Shown here piece after piece: positions 12,020 through 25,705 of a stretch of 64,000 bases of DNA. Position 1 is the first letter of the stretch. Every line of letters begins with the position of its first letter. Origin of the DNA: Octopus vulgaris (taxonomy: Eukaryota); assembly GCA_951406725.2 (NCBI GenBank), contig OX597835.1, positions 49,104,001 to 49,168,000 on the forward strand, written 5' to 3'. The position numbers and the translations under genes are program-made. The notes under the pieces are model-generated. The model made no database searches. It was given only the letters and a program-made list of their open reading frames with translations, and was not told where the DNA came from.

Positions 12020-12954
12020 TAATTTTACTACTACCGCCCACAGAATGTCTGTTTGTCGTATTGAAGTCTCCTGTTTCTACGGCCGTTGGCGTGGCGAGTG
12101 TACGCCATCAAATACGGTACATATTAGCGTTTGAGTAAAGGGAATATGACAGCTATTTCTTGCAGGTCGTACGAACCCATAAAGGATTCTTCGTTGCGGT
12201 GATTGTGGCAATGACGGTGATGGTGACTTGTTGCGATGGTGGTGGTTGTGAGATGGGTTATGAGGGGGGGGGGTTGTAATGGTGGTGTAGCTGATAGGTT
12301 TGAAGATTGTAGGAATGGTGGCAGTGGTGTATGATGGCGACCATGACAACTAGGACGACGACGGCAATGATGGCGACAACAGAGGTGGCGGCGGAGGCAG
12401 TGTCAATGGTGATGATAATGATGATGATGACGATGACGACGATGATGACGAGGATCGAAACAATTAATGCTAATATTTCCTGTGCTGTGAGTACATGTTT
12501 TTGTGTGTGTGTATGTATTGCGTCTCTACGTGTATATGTGTGACTATGTGTTCTTAATGTTTTGTATATGTGTGCTTACATGCGGGTGTACTTGTATATG
12601 TTTTTATATAGCTTTTATACATGTACTTTCATGTGTGTGTGTGTGCGTGTGTGTGTGCGTGTGTGTGTGTGTGCGTGCTAGTGACAGCATGGTGTGAAAT
12701 TCTTAAACATTATTTTGCTCCGGTTTGTGATAAAGGCAAAATAGTGTATAAACGTTATATATGGATGTAAGGCGGTGGTGGTGGTGATGGTGGTGGTGGT
12801 GGTGATGGCGGTGGTGATGGCGGTGATGGTGGTAGTGGTGGTGGTGGTGGTGCAAGTGGTGATAGAAGGGGTGGGGTGCAAGTGGTGATAGAAGGCTAGA
12901 CAAGAATGGTAGACAGAAGAGAAACGAAATGTATGTACGTATGTGTGTGTGCGC

Positions 12955-12998
<44 letters not shown>

Positions 12999-13533
12999 CT
13001 ACATGCGCGTGACTATATGTCTGTGAATATGTGTGTGTGTCAGTATACGAACTCCTGTTTCCAGTTACAACCCGTCGCGGTTGACTGACAGCAATTTTGC
13101 CACTTAATCCTTAAATTGCGTTTAACTGGATCCAATTAACTTAAAAATCAAATGATTTTCGGGGAAGAAGACGAGGAGGAGGACGAGAGGAGGGAGGAAG
13201 AGGAGCAAGGCAGGGTGTATTAAATTTAAGTTTTTTCTTTCTTTTTATGGTTATTTTACGATTTCTTTTTAATATATTATTTTTTTAATTTTACTTGTTT
13301 ATAGTTTGATTTTTATCATTTTCAGTTCAGTTCACAGTTTAAGATATTCTTAATACAGTTATCATACAATCTGATCGAGTAACCGTGGAAAATGGCGGAC
13401 GAAGAGGAGGAGGAGGAGGAAGAGGACAAAGAAGACGCTTTAGCGAGAAATACATAGACACACAGACACACACAGAAACATTAATGGGTGCGTATGTATA
13501 TAATATATATGTATATGTACTTATGTATCATAT

Positions 13534-13606
<73 letters not shown>

Positions 13607-13892
13607 TGTATGTATGTATGTATGTATGTATGTGTGTCTGTGTGTAAATATACACTTCACACAAATATTCCGAACGACCAAACTTATCTCGAATTTAATT
13701 GTAGCTGACGTTACAAGAGAATTTTATCGTTAGCATACAAAACACACCCCCCCACCACACACACACGTATATAAGCACTCACAGAAATCACTTGTTTATA
13801 TGTGGATGTATTATACTAATAACTAATATTTTAATATTTGTGCGTATGCTTATCCATTGCGCTTCGTTTTTGTATATACATACATACATACA

Positions 13893-13938
<46 letters not shown>

Positions 13939-13987
13939 CAAACATACATACATACATATGTATGTATGCATACACACACACACACAC

Positions 13988-14049
<62 letters not shown>

Positions 14050-14090
14050 ATATATATATATTTACACACACACATATACGAGAGAGTATA

Positions 14091-14124
<34 letters not shown>

Positions 14125-14802
14125 TGTCTCCATTTATCTCCCATTTTAAAATTATTTCATTTCATTCATTTGGTTTCCATCGTTTCGTTTCTGACTTTTG
14201 TCTTTTGTTTTTTGTGATTGTCCGATCCGGTGTCTGAGAATATACGCCAAAGCAAGTTATTCCTCCTCCACTCACCCCACCAGCACTATCAACAGGACGC
14301 CACCCCTATTCCACCGCCACACTCACCACCTCACACCAACCACCCCACACCCGTCACACCGTCACCGCTACTTTTTATAATTATTCATCGTTTTATCTTT
14401 ATTTTCATTTTTTTATTTATATTTATTTATGTATATATGTATATATTTGTTGTTTTCATAGCTAAAGATTTTGGATATAAATTTTCATAAAATGATGGAA
14501 TAAGTCTGTGAGAGGACAGAAAAACAATATCAAAGAAATTCCGTTTTCTTCACGTCACATAAAACTTTTTTCTACCCCATTTGGTGAGAATTAGAATAAG
14601 GAACTCATTTATTTACTTATTTAGTTTTATTTTATTGTATTTTATTTATTATATTCGTTGCTTCTTTGCGTACGGAAGACCACCTTGGACTTTAAGCAAT
14701 TTGGTTTGGATATATGTTGAGGTCGGTAGGGAAAGTGAGATGAGTCCGATGTAAAAATAAAAATAAAAAACAAACGAAATTAAAATCAAAATTGAACTGA
14801 AA

Positions 14803-14910
14803 TGGTGGCCAACGCTGGCGTCATCCATTACAGCATCATGAGACCTGATAAGTCAATTACAGCTGATGGATGAAATGATGAGTGAACTTGCGATTAAACA
14901 ACTGAGACTG
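14803..14910 (+). mobile_element. Short mariner fragment, inverted relative to the adjacent copy
   Basis: Reverse-complement homologue of ~15240-15367 with an internal deletion. Confidence 0.75.
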
Positions 14911-14913
14911 CAG

Positions 14914-15920
14914 TTAATCAAAGTATGCACCTAAATTAACAACAAATTTTTCCATTTATCGGTAGCTTATTTATGTCAGCAGCGAGGAATTCTGGAGAGC
15001 AAGAGGTGGTGAAATCACAAAAGGTTGTTTTTGGCATCTTCTTCAGATCTGAAGTGTTTTTTTTTCCTTGCAAAGAGTTGTCTAATGCCCGGAAAACGTG
15101 ATAGGCAGTTGGTACAAGATCTGGTGAATATGGTGGATAACAGAGTATTTCCAAGTTTAGTTCCTGTAACTTGAGTAGTATTCTTTGTGCAACATGTGGT
15201 CAAGCATTGTATTGCAAGAGAATTGACCTGTCTCTATTGACCAATCTCAGTTGTTTAATTACAAGTTCACTCATCGTTTCATACAATTGGTTGGTGTGTA
15301 CATCCGCTGTAATTGACTTACCAGGTCTTATGAAGTTATAGTGGATGACACCAGTACAGGACCACCAAACAGACACCATTAGCATTTTTAAGTGAATATT
15401 CTTTTGGGGATTGTGTTTTGACGCTGTGCAGTAGAACGCTTGCTATTGTTGAAAAGAATCCATTTTTCATCACCTTTAACAATACGATGCAAAACTGGTT
15501 TGTTTTTGTGCCATGACAGCAAAGAACAACAAGTTTCAAGATGACGAGTCATTTGATACTCGTTCAATTCATGTGGTATCCACTTGTCCAGCTTCTCTCT
15601 CTTGTCGATTTTTTCCAGATGGTCCAATGCAGTTGGAATCGAAACATCAAACCTTACTGATTATTCACGGGTAGTTTGAGATGTATCCCCCTTCCACTAG
15701 CTTCCAGCTCATCATGATCCACTTTGGTCTCAGATCTATCACGGGGCTGATTTTCAAGAGTAAAGTCACCAGACCGGAACTTCTCTAGCCATCGATTATC
15801 ACTGTGCTCATTCGCCACATCTTCACCAAACACATCATTGATGTTTTGAGCTGTCTGGAATGCACTGGTTCCACGATGGAACTCATATTCATAAACAACA
15901 CGAATTTTTATCTATCAATG
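14914..15920 (-). pseudogene. mariner (Hsmar1/SETMAR-like) transposase pseudogene
   Basis: IRVVYEYEFHRGT..RWLEKFRSGD; KLDKWIPHEL; IVKGDEKWILFNN; VWWSCTGVIHY; PPYSPDLVPTAYHVFRALDN; multiple frameshifts. Confidence 0.9.
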
Positions 15921-15951
15921 GATTTACAAGAGAAAACTCAAAATATAATCA

Positions 15952-16350
15952 GCTGTGTGGTAAGTAGCTTGTTTACTAGCCACATGGTTCCGGGTTCAGT
16001 CCCACTGCGTGGCACCTTGGGCAAGTATCTTCTACTATAGCCTCGGGCCGACTAATGCCTTGTGAGTGGATTTGGTAGACGGAAACTGAAAGAAGCCTAT
16101 CCTATATATGTATATATATATGTGTGTGTGTATATGTTTGTGTGCCTGTGTTTGTCCCCCTAGCATTGCTTGACAACCGATGCTGGTGTGTTTACGTCCC
16201 CATCACTTAGCGGTTCGGCAAAAGAGACCGATAGAATAAGTACTAGACTTACAATAAGTCCCGGGGTTGATTTGCTCCACTAAAAAGGCGGTGCTCCAGC
16301 ATGGCCGCAGTCAAATGACTGAAACAAGTAAAAAAGAGAAAAAGAAAAAA
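15952..16350 (+). mobile_element. SINE family A, full length with internal microsatellite
   Basis: GTGGTAAGTAGCTTG...GGGTTCAGTCCC B box...GGATTTGGTAGACGGAAACTGAAAGAAGCC-(TA/TG)n-...GGCGGTGCTCCAGCATGGCCGCAGTCAAATGACTGAAAC; many copies in the window. Confidence 0.9.
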
Positions 16351-16618
16351 GAGTATATCACGAATTGCACTTCAAGAAGTGATGACGTAACTCTTCAATG
16401 TTGTAAAACAAAGAATTGTCAGGATAAAACATTAGCGTTCACGACTATCAAAGTTGGTGCAAAAGAAAATTGCACATTTCGTCCTTTTCTTCCTGTCCCT
16501 CTAATTGTTGTTTTTCCGGTCCGCCTTTGTATCGTCTCCGAATGTTTATTGTTCTCTATTGCGTTTTTCTTCCACATTATATACATAGAGCGGCGTACGT
16601 ACACACTTGTGCTCACAG

Positions 16619-16652
<34 letters not shown>

Positions 16653-17024
16653 ATACACACATATATATATATATATACACACACAAATAGGTATGTAGCA
16701 ACACGGTTTTTCATTCATATTTGTGGAGATAATATGTAGTAATCTAATGTATCTTTCTCTTTTTAAGACGTTAGGGTATGACTTGGCGGAAATTTAGCTG
16801 CTTATTCTAACCGCCCGAGCGACTGCATACATTCGGGCGCCTTAGTTGGTTCGTTTACAACCTATGTCGCATAATGTCTGCTGTGTTTGTCTACGTGTGC
16901 AACAACTCGTTTCAAGTTACCGCCATTTTGCACTGACTGGAACGGTGGATAGTCACGATATATGAGAAGGTCAGAAGAGCATTAGGCACTCCAGTAGCAG
17001 TAGAAGATTAGATTAAACCAAAAG

Positions 17025-17350
<326 letters not shown>

Positions 17351-18719
17351 TACATGCATAAAAGAACGACATTTTATCACAAATAAGCTTCGGCTGTTTA
17401 GCGATTCGCCATCAACCTGCCACAAAATGTTGTTGATCTCTTTTTGTTTTGACGGGGTTTTATTGCTTGTTTGTTTTGTTATTTTGTTGTTGTTGTTTTT
17501 TCTGCCTGTCCCTTCCATATACTTCTGTGAACCTAACCAACGGCAAACCTTCATAAGGGGAAGCTTCTAACTCAGTGTTTCTCGAGCGATGCTCCACAAA
17601 AGGTATTTAGGTGCACCATGGAAGTTCTAAATATAATTCAGAATTTTACAAAATGTCTACCAACGCTTCTTTATCGTAGCAAACGCGTAATTAATATTTT
17701 TGTTAGCGAATTCACGAGAAAAAGTAGTTTTCAATATTTTTTCTATATTTTTCAATTTAAAACTATCAGTTCTTTTTTTTTTTTTTTTCTAGTAGAGCAG
17801 AATCAGACACGCCGCATTTTGCCTTTGTGTAAGATACCCAGGCTAATATTTTCCGGTGAATAACATTTTTAAAACGGTGAATCTGGTGTAGGAGACTTCC
17901 CTTCCTGTCTCTGGATTCAGATTCCGTGATCTTGTGAAAATGAAATCCCGGAACTAAAATTTTTCCATTCGAAGTTGGCCAGTAATTTGGTTGTTTGATC
18001 ATGAGCGTGACAAGAGCTGAAAAAGACTGAGAACTACTACCCTATGTGAATATTAATTCTGCTAGAAATAGAAGCCAAATCCCAATTGTGTTACACCTTG
18101 CTGTCTCAACAAAAGGAAGAACATTTATCCTAATTTCCCTTTAGGTTCTGCGTCTGTTTTGGCAGTTAAATCTGTCAATATATCATAATCGAATGGCTAA
18201 CAAGATTGCTTTGCTATCACGGGGACACGGGGTGGATCCCACCGTATTAGCATCTACGGTAAGTGACTTTCATCAATAATTCGAGTGAATTTGTGAGTGA
18301 AATTGGGTCGGAAGAAACTAGTACTGGAGGAGCGAGTTGTATGGATTGAATCTATACTTTTAATGGCCAGCTTTCATATTTACGTGAAGCCTGTACGAGA
18401 ACAGCCATTACACCCTACTTTAATGAACCTGCGAGGGAGCTCAGTTGATAGTTAATGTTCAGCATTAATCTATCTTTTCGTTGTATCTCGCTTTCCTTAC
18501 GTTGAAGGTAATGTTATTTCTTTTGTGGAAACAACTTGGTGGCTATACCAGAATAAGGAGCTATTTCTAGCACTAGAGTTAACCACTTAACGGTAACTCT
18601 CTTTTATTTACGTATAAATTTGTATTGTCTCCCTGGTTTTTATGTGCTAGGCCACTTGGTGTTAAACTGATGGTATTATTAAATTAATATCTAATTTTTC
18701 ACCCTCATTTATGAATGTA

Positions 18720-18759
<40 letters not shown>

Positions 18760-18760
<1 letters not shown>

Positions 18761-18925
18761 GGTCCCGGGTTGATTCGGGTTAACCACAGTAAGTAAGGTA
18801 CTCAATACATAGCAGAGTAAAATTAATTTATTATATAGAAGGAGCTTCTACAGGATATATTTTCATTCAAGAGAAATCTTCAGGAACTCGGAGCTTCTGA
18901 ATTCTCTTGAATGACACTATCTTAA
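18760..18925 (-). mobile_element. Penelope-like pLTR pieces with hammerhead motif (18841-18889)
   Basis: Minus: GAGTTC-CTGAAGA-TTTCTCTTGAAT-GAAA...CCTG-TA-GAAGCTCC-TTCTATATAATAAA; inverted partial copy at ~18890-18915; related to 27695-27770. Confidence 0.55.
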
Positions 18926-18938
18926 CTCCCTATATAAT

Positions 18939-18982
<44 letters not shown>

Positions 18983-19682
18983 TACATACGATTACACATA
19001 CATATAGTCAAACAAACAGACAGACAGATTTTGTACCACACGGAGAAAGAAAAGGAGTGAAATAAATCAAAATATTTAAGCACGTAAATATCCTGAAACA
19101 GGAAATTATAAGAAAGAAAAATATTGCTTATTAACTTTCGAAATGCAACAGAAAATATTGTGAATCCGAACAAACCGCTCGGCAGCATATTGACCGCTCA
19201 TCCAAAGATATGTACTTCATTCCCTTCATCAATCAATAGCACACACACACACACGTATGTATGTATGTATGTATGTATGTATGTATGTATGTATGTATGT
19301 ATGTGTGTATGTATGTACGCCCTATGTATGTATACGTGTTTATTCCAAACGATTTAATCATCGTAGTAGCCATATTGTATTGCAACAACGATGCCAACGA
19401 TAGATGTAAACATTTTGTTGCATACATATATGTGTATATATATGTGTGTACATAGTATACATACATATACACATAAACACACACACACACATATATATGT
19501 GTGTGTGTTTGTGTGCTTGTGTGAGTGTGTATTTGTGTGTGCGTATGTGTGTGGATGTATGTATGCCATGTATACATATACATATATATACATATATACA
19601 CATTCATAAATATATCTAGGCACATATATATATGTGTGTGTGTGTGTGTGTGTACTTACATGTGGGTGTATGCATACGCTTA

Positions 19683-19713
<31 letters not shown>

Positions 19714-20011
19714 TTGATTATGTGTGTGAGTGGATGGGTGTGTATCTTTGGAGAAAAGTTCCAAGATGTGAAGAACAGCCTTTCGTTTATACTTCCAAGC
19801 GCGTGTGCGTGACAGAATGCGTGTGAGTGCGTGTGTGTGTGTGCGTGTGTGTGTGTGTGTGTGCATGTGTGTAAGAAGGTGAGAGAGAGGGAGAGAAAGA
19901 AAGAAATGTTTCATTATTTCCGGTTTTCAATACAGTTTATAAATATTATCAATGTCTTCCGTATTGCAACTTAAATTCCATATGTCATAACGTACTTAAC
20001 ACTACGCAGCT

Positions 20012-20077
<66 letters not shown>

Positions 20078-20268
20078 CCCCTCTCTCTCTCCCTTTCTCA
20101 ATATGATTATATCAAGCGCATACAGTGGTTTCAACTTGGGTAGCACTTCATGCGTACATACATACACACACATATGGAAATGTATTCAAATGTATATGTG
20201 TGTATGCATACATATGTATATGTATGTACATACATGTGCGTGTGTATGTAAATATATATACGTGTGTG

Positions 20269-20310
<42 letters not shown>

Positions 20311-20311
20311 G

Positions 20312-20388
<77 letters not shown>

Positions 20389-20535
20389 CATTTCCTTTTA
20401 AATATGGATTTCGTTTGATTAATATATAAAATTGTGAGTGCATAATTCTGGATTAGAAACACAGATTCCCCCATCACATAAGCATTATATACCGTATATG
20501 TATGCCTGGGTACACACACACACGCACACACACAT

Positions 20536-20604
<69 letters not shown>

Positions 20605-20904
20605 TATATGTATTATGTATGTATTAATATATGTGTGCGTATGTATGTATACGATGTATGAAGACACGCTCGCGCGGGCGGGCACGGCTTCTTGCAATTA
20701 ATACACTCCAATTCATTAATTAGTATGTTGTGTATTAATTGCAAACTCATTTAATTCTAAAAAAAATTGATCATATTCGCAGATTTCTTTTTTTTTTTTT
20801 TGTATATGTTGAAATATATATTTATATTGGTTGCTTCTGTGTGTGTGGATGTTAAAGCGCGAGCATTGGTATGTCTGTGGCTGGAAGTAACACAGTGAAA
20901 AGCG

Positions 20905-20973
<69 letters not shown>

Positions 20974-21049
20974 ATGCACAGACACGCACACATACACACA
21001 GGTATACACACAGAGGTATACACACACACACACACACACATATAATACC

Positions 21050-21220
21050 CGAAGTGTACTGCATTACATATCCATCACGACTGAAAAATACCTTAGGAAT
21101 GAGAACCCAGGTTCGAAATTTCCCTAAGACACCTGATGAAGGCTGGAGGGTATATCAGCCGAAACGTTGTGTTAACAACAAACAAGATGAGGACAAATAT
21201 CTGTCAAATGTAAATAATGT
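21050..21220 (+). mobile_element. Penelope-like pLTR remnant
   Basis: Contains a minimal hammerhead at 21128-21173. Confidence 0.55.
21128..21173 (+). ncRNA. Minimal type I hammerhead ribozyme motif
   Basis: GACAC-CTGATGA-A-GGCTG(gagggtatat)CAGCC-GAAA-CG-TT-GTGTT: intact core, 5-bp stems I and II, loopless palindromic stem III, GUU triplet. Confidence 0.75.
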
Positions 21221-21447
21221 GATTTAAAGTGAAAATATCTATTAAATCGATAACTAGGCAATTGTCCAGAGTCAAAGGATGAAGATATTGTTAATGAGGA
21301 TGTTGTTGCAGACTAATGCCGCTCTGTGGTCAAATACATCGTCTTCCATCGGACGAATTTTGGCAACAATGGTTCTGCCTGTTCTGGCTGACACACCACC
21401 AACATGACAGGATAAACCGTTTTGCTATATGCAGCACTGTCCACTGT

Positions 21448-21521
21448 ATCTTCTTCTTCTTCTTCTTCTTCTTCTTCTTCTTCTTCTTCTTCTTCTTCTT
21501 CTTCTTCTTCTTCTTCTTCTT

Positions 21522-21552
<31 letters not shown>

Positions 21553-21622
21553 TTATTCTTCTTCTTCTTCTTCTTCTTCTTCTTCTTCTTCTTCTTCCCT
21601 TCCTACTTCTTCTTCTTCTTCT
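21448..21622. repeat. (CTT)n microsatellite
   Basis: Direct reading. Confidence 0.95.
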
Positions 21623-22189
21623 TCCCTTCCTACTTCTCTTTCGCTTTCTTCTATTCGTTTTCCTCTCCCTCCTTTCCTTTCTCCCTCCTTTCCTTTCTCC
21701 CTCCTATCATTATACGCATCCACCCTCTTGATCCCCCTCTCCCCGCCCACATAATATCTTCCCCACAGAGGAAGTGCATCTCCAATACCTAAAACCGCAA
21801 AAATTACGTGATTTTCTTTTGAAAATGGAGATTGTGCGGAAACATTTGTAATTTCTAATTAAAGATGTGTTAAAGAATTTTCTTTGTCTCCTTTTCATTT
21901 GGGTTATTTAACATCTGACGTTTGATTCTCTACACCAGATGTACTTTCGGACTTCACGAGAAAATATTTGGAAGATATCATGGACTCTAATGTTATCTAG
22001 AGTAACAATTTAAAAATGATAATAACAGAATCAATAATATAGGCGATTGCAAGCCCCCAAAAAGCATTATATATATATATATACACACAGACACAGCAAA
22101 TGGCTAAGTTCAGTTGGGTATGAAGTTGGGGTATTTCCAGAGAAGCACTCAACCCGAATATTGGGCTATCAACACTGTCAGGATCCAAT

Positions 22190-22608
22190 ACCCTCAAGAG
22201 TTTCAGACCCCACTTCTCTGATTTCTCTATTGATGTTCTCTTTCAGTTGCACCAGGGACTCCGGTTTGTTGACATAAACCCCCTCTTTCAGGCATTCATG
22301 ACTGAAACCGTTTTGCGCCTGGCCATTCAGAGTAGACTTGGCACATGGCCCCAGCAAGATGGGGCAACTGCTCATACCGCAAGAGAAACAATGCAGTTGC
22401 TATGGCAACGCTTTGGAGAGAGAGAATAATCTCCTGCTACGGCAATGTCATCTGGCCTTCATGTTCCCCAGACTTGACTAGCCCGGATTTTTTCTTGTGG
22501 GGATACCTGAAAGAGAGGGTCTACATTAACGAACCGGAGTCCCTGGTGCAACTGAAGGAGAGCATCAATAGAGAAATCAGAGAAGTGGGGTCTGAAACTC
22601 TTGAGGGT
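22190..22608. repeat. 103-bp inverted duplication (22190-22292 vs 22506-22608)
   Basis: Manual alignment 95/103 identical; all 8 differences are transitions. Confidence 0.92.
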
Positions 22609-22834
22609 GTTATGGTTCAAGTTTTGGAAAGAGCACGGGCGTGCGAAGCCGAAATTGGCTGCCATTTAAGCGATGTCATTTTCCATATGTGATGTAGTGG
22701 CGTTGCAAAATTTGACTTGTGCATATTAATTTCCATTATGTCCTTTATATTGCATCAAAATTTCCTGCATTCATTTGTAAAGTTAAGGAAGTTATTGAAA
22801 ATTGAAACCCATCAGTGACTTTTGGGACACCCTG
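22293..22834 (+). mobile_element. Tc1/mariner-superfamily DD41D-type element, 3' half with TIR
   Basis: QQDGATAHTA...WPSCSPDLTSPDFFLWGYLK; 41 residues between the 2nd and 3rd D after correcting a 2-bp AG slip; stop at 22692; TIR ...TTTTGGGACACCCTG then TA. Confidence 0.85.
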
Positions 22835-22844
22835 TATATGTATA

Positions 22845-23357
22845 TCTATATATATAAAACTGTAGTTGTGTGAGTGTCTGTCCCCTTCGATTTAGATTCC
22901 TAACTACTCCCACATTTTGCGGTGCAGTTTAACCAAATTCGGGTATCTTATAGTCGTGATTCATATCGAGCCCGTCTGGGTATTAGCGCGCGTCAACGAT
23001 GAGTCTACGATTTTTAAAATAATTTAACATCATTTTTTATTCCATTTTAATGCATATTTTTTCGTGTGTCGATGGCGGCGGAGTTGGCGTCCATGCTCAC
23101 ATCTGCACCTGTGTTGCTTCTCCCCCTTCTTCCCTCCCTCGTGAAGCTGTGGGGAAGGGAGTGTAAGGAAATCAACGTCGTAAAGCGTTGTCAAGGAGAC
23201 CAGCGTTCTTTTAGAACAACGACTTCATGGCTTGAAGACACCAAAACAGAAATGGCTAAGAAAGCCCGAATTGGCATCTATAAGGGAAGTAACTCTCTAA
23301 AAATGCTTATATAGTTATTTCCTTTACAAACCCGAGCAACGCCGGGAGATACTGCTA

Positions 23358-23358
<1 letters not shown>
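22845..23358 (+). mobile_element. Non-autonomous Helitron
   Basis: A|TCTATATATATAAAAC 5' end; subterminal hairpin CCCGAGCAACGCCGGG; 3' CTAG|T; inserted between A and T. Confidence 0.8.
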
Positions 23359-23407
<49 letters not shown>

Positions 23408-24077
23408 ATATATATATATACGTGCACGCGCACACAGACACACACACTTATAGGCATACATACATGAGCATATACCTACACACCCATATTGATAAAGAAA
23501 TAAAACAAAGAAGATGAAAATGAAATTATAAAACTAGAGAAGGAAAGGAATGGGTAAATTCATAAATTAGAGAGAGGGGGGAAAGAGGGGGGAAGAGAGA
23601 ACGGGAAAGTAAGAGAAAGGGGGAAAGTGTGAGAGAAAAGGTGAGAGAGAGAGAGAGAGAGAGGAATTTCGAAGTCTATTGAGGGGCGGAGAGAAGAGAG
23701 TGAAAGGAAAAAAGGTGAATGGGGTGGGGGTGAAATTCAGAAAATGATTTTAAAAGGTAAACTCGTTAATGAGACGAAGAAGGAAAAGAGTTCTTGAGGA
23801 GTTTTAAAAGAACCAGTTTTAATATCCGAGAGAGGCTGAGACGGCTTTTAGAAATAATTGCTCAAGGAGATGGAAAGATCTTAACAAGAGATATTCTTCG
23901 TTTCGCTCTTTTGTCGCGTTTTGGTGGGGGTTTTTTTTTTTTAATAATTTTGTTGTATTGTTTGCGTGTTTTTGTTTTTGCGGTGTTTTTGTTTTATTAT
24001 TGATGTCGACTTCAGTTTTTGAGTTGTGTGAAATACTTTACAGTTCTTGGAAACACTTTGTTTCTGGTGATATATAG

Positions 24078-24124
<47 letters not shown>

Positions 24125-24263
24125 AGTGCATAAGTGATAATGTGTGTGTTTGTGTGTATGTGTGTGAAAGTTTACATATATGTGAATTTATATATTAATA
24201 CCTATATATATTCATATATATATATAGGTACATAATATATAAATACATATTATGTATATATAC

Positions 24264-24314
<51 letters not shown>

Positions 24315-24437
24315 CATGTATACATACACACGTACATATATGTATGCGTGTATCTGTAGTATGAATGTGATTACATACATTTTTGGATGAATGTGTATTT
24401 GAATTCGTGTATGTGTGTGCATATAAGTATATGTAAG

Positions 24438-24470
<33 letters not shown>

Positions 24471-24539
24471 ATGTATATATATATATACATGTATATATAT
24501 GTATGTGTGTATCTATATATATATGTATGTATCTATCTA

Positions 24540-24643
<104 letters not shown>

Positions 24644-25328
24644 GCTCTTAAATACATATGGGGACGTTTAAGAAAATAACAAAAAATCAACCTGACCTCT
24701 GTTATAACAAGCAGCGTGTGAGTTTTCCCAATCTGTTGTTCCGAAAGAAATTTAACATAAAATTTTATAAAGAAACACGAGCTTCTGTTACTAAAATATA
24801 TCAATATGTGTTCTCATGGGATGAAGTACATAAATAAAATGATGCAGTATTATTATGTGTTGAAGGGAGTGATAAATAGGAGGATATTATAGTAATGTTG
24901 CCAGTGAAGTCTTTCGTTGGAGAGAAACATTCTACGTAAAGGGTATCAAGCTTGCAGCCCGCAGACTGGATCCTTCTCGTCATAATATTTAGTCATTTTT
25001 TATAAGCAAAAATTATTATTTTCTCATTATGAAATATAATGAAGAATCAACTCAATATAGGCAACGGAAATAGTCTCAGATTAAAATTCCGGTGTGTATA
25101 AGATTTACAGTGTAACATGGAAGGGTTCTTGGTGTAATATTTTCTCTCTGAGAAAATTTCACCAAGAGACCTCTGAGTTGAAAACTCAGGGTTTCGCCCA
25201 GAAGAATAAAGGTGGATCGACAGGCACGGCGGCGTTTCGGCTTGGTTTGGTCTTCTCAGTGACGAATATCAGAGACTTTCTGAGCTAAGCCAAAGAAACG
25301 CTTGTTTCAGTATAGAACCCAATAAACA

Positions 25329-25705
25329 GGCGCCAGCGTGACTGTGTGGTAAAAAGCTTGCCTCCCAACCACATGGATTTCGGTTCAGTGTGTGTCTTTG
25401 TGTCTGCGTTTGGCCATGCAGTATTTCAGCTGCAAGACAATTGGTCACCTCAAGAGCTATATTCGTTCATCTCGACGTTTACTGTCTATGCTCTTACTCC
25501 TCTAAGAGTACTTTCTAAATACAATTGTATATATGCGCTAGGGCACCGCCTGGAAGCGGGGGGGTGTCAAACAAATCGACCCAGGAATTTTTTTAAGCCT
25601 TGTTCTTACTTATTCTACTGATCTTTTGCTGAACCGCTAAGTTACGGGAACGTAAACACTAAACACCGGTTGTCAAGCGATGATGGCGGACAAACACAGA
25701 AACAC
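25329..25705. mobile_element. SINE family A fragments (5' piece on + at 25329-25415; 3' part on - at 25540-25705)
   Basis: GTGGTAAAAAGCTTGCCTCCCAACCACATGG; GCTGAACCGCTAAGTTACGGGAACGTAAACAC...GGTTGTCAAGCG. Confidence 0.7.

Noticed and set aside
13388-13460. AAAATGGCGGACGAAGAG... looks like a strong start codon (MADEEEEEEEEDKEDALARNT*)
   Set aside because: Stops after 21 codons with no splice donor; the acidic run is a (GAG)n repeat.
16446-16480. Hsmar1-TIR-like AAGTTGGTGCAAAAGAAAATTGC as the missing TIR of the 14914-15920 mariner
   Set aside because: Orientation is wrong for that end of a minus-strand element and no partner TIR was found.
21316-21792. Poly-F/S/L/E ORFs (also 10382, 60040)
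   Set aside because: (CTT)n/(GAA)n microsatellites.
24801-25290. Non-repetitive short ORFs that could be host exons
   Set aside because: No recognisable domain and no convincing splice-site pair; cannot be supported without RNA data.
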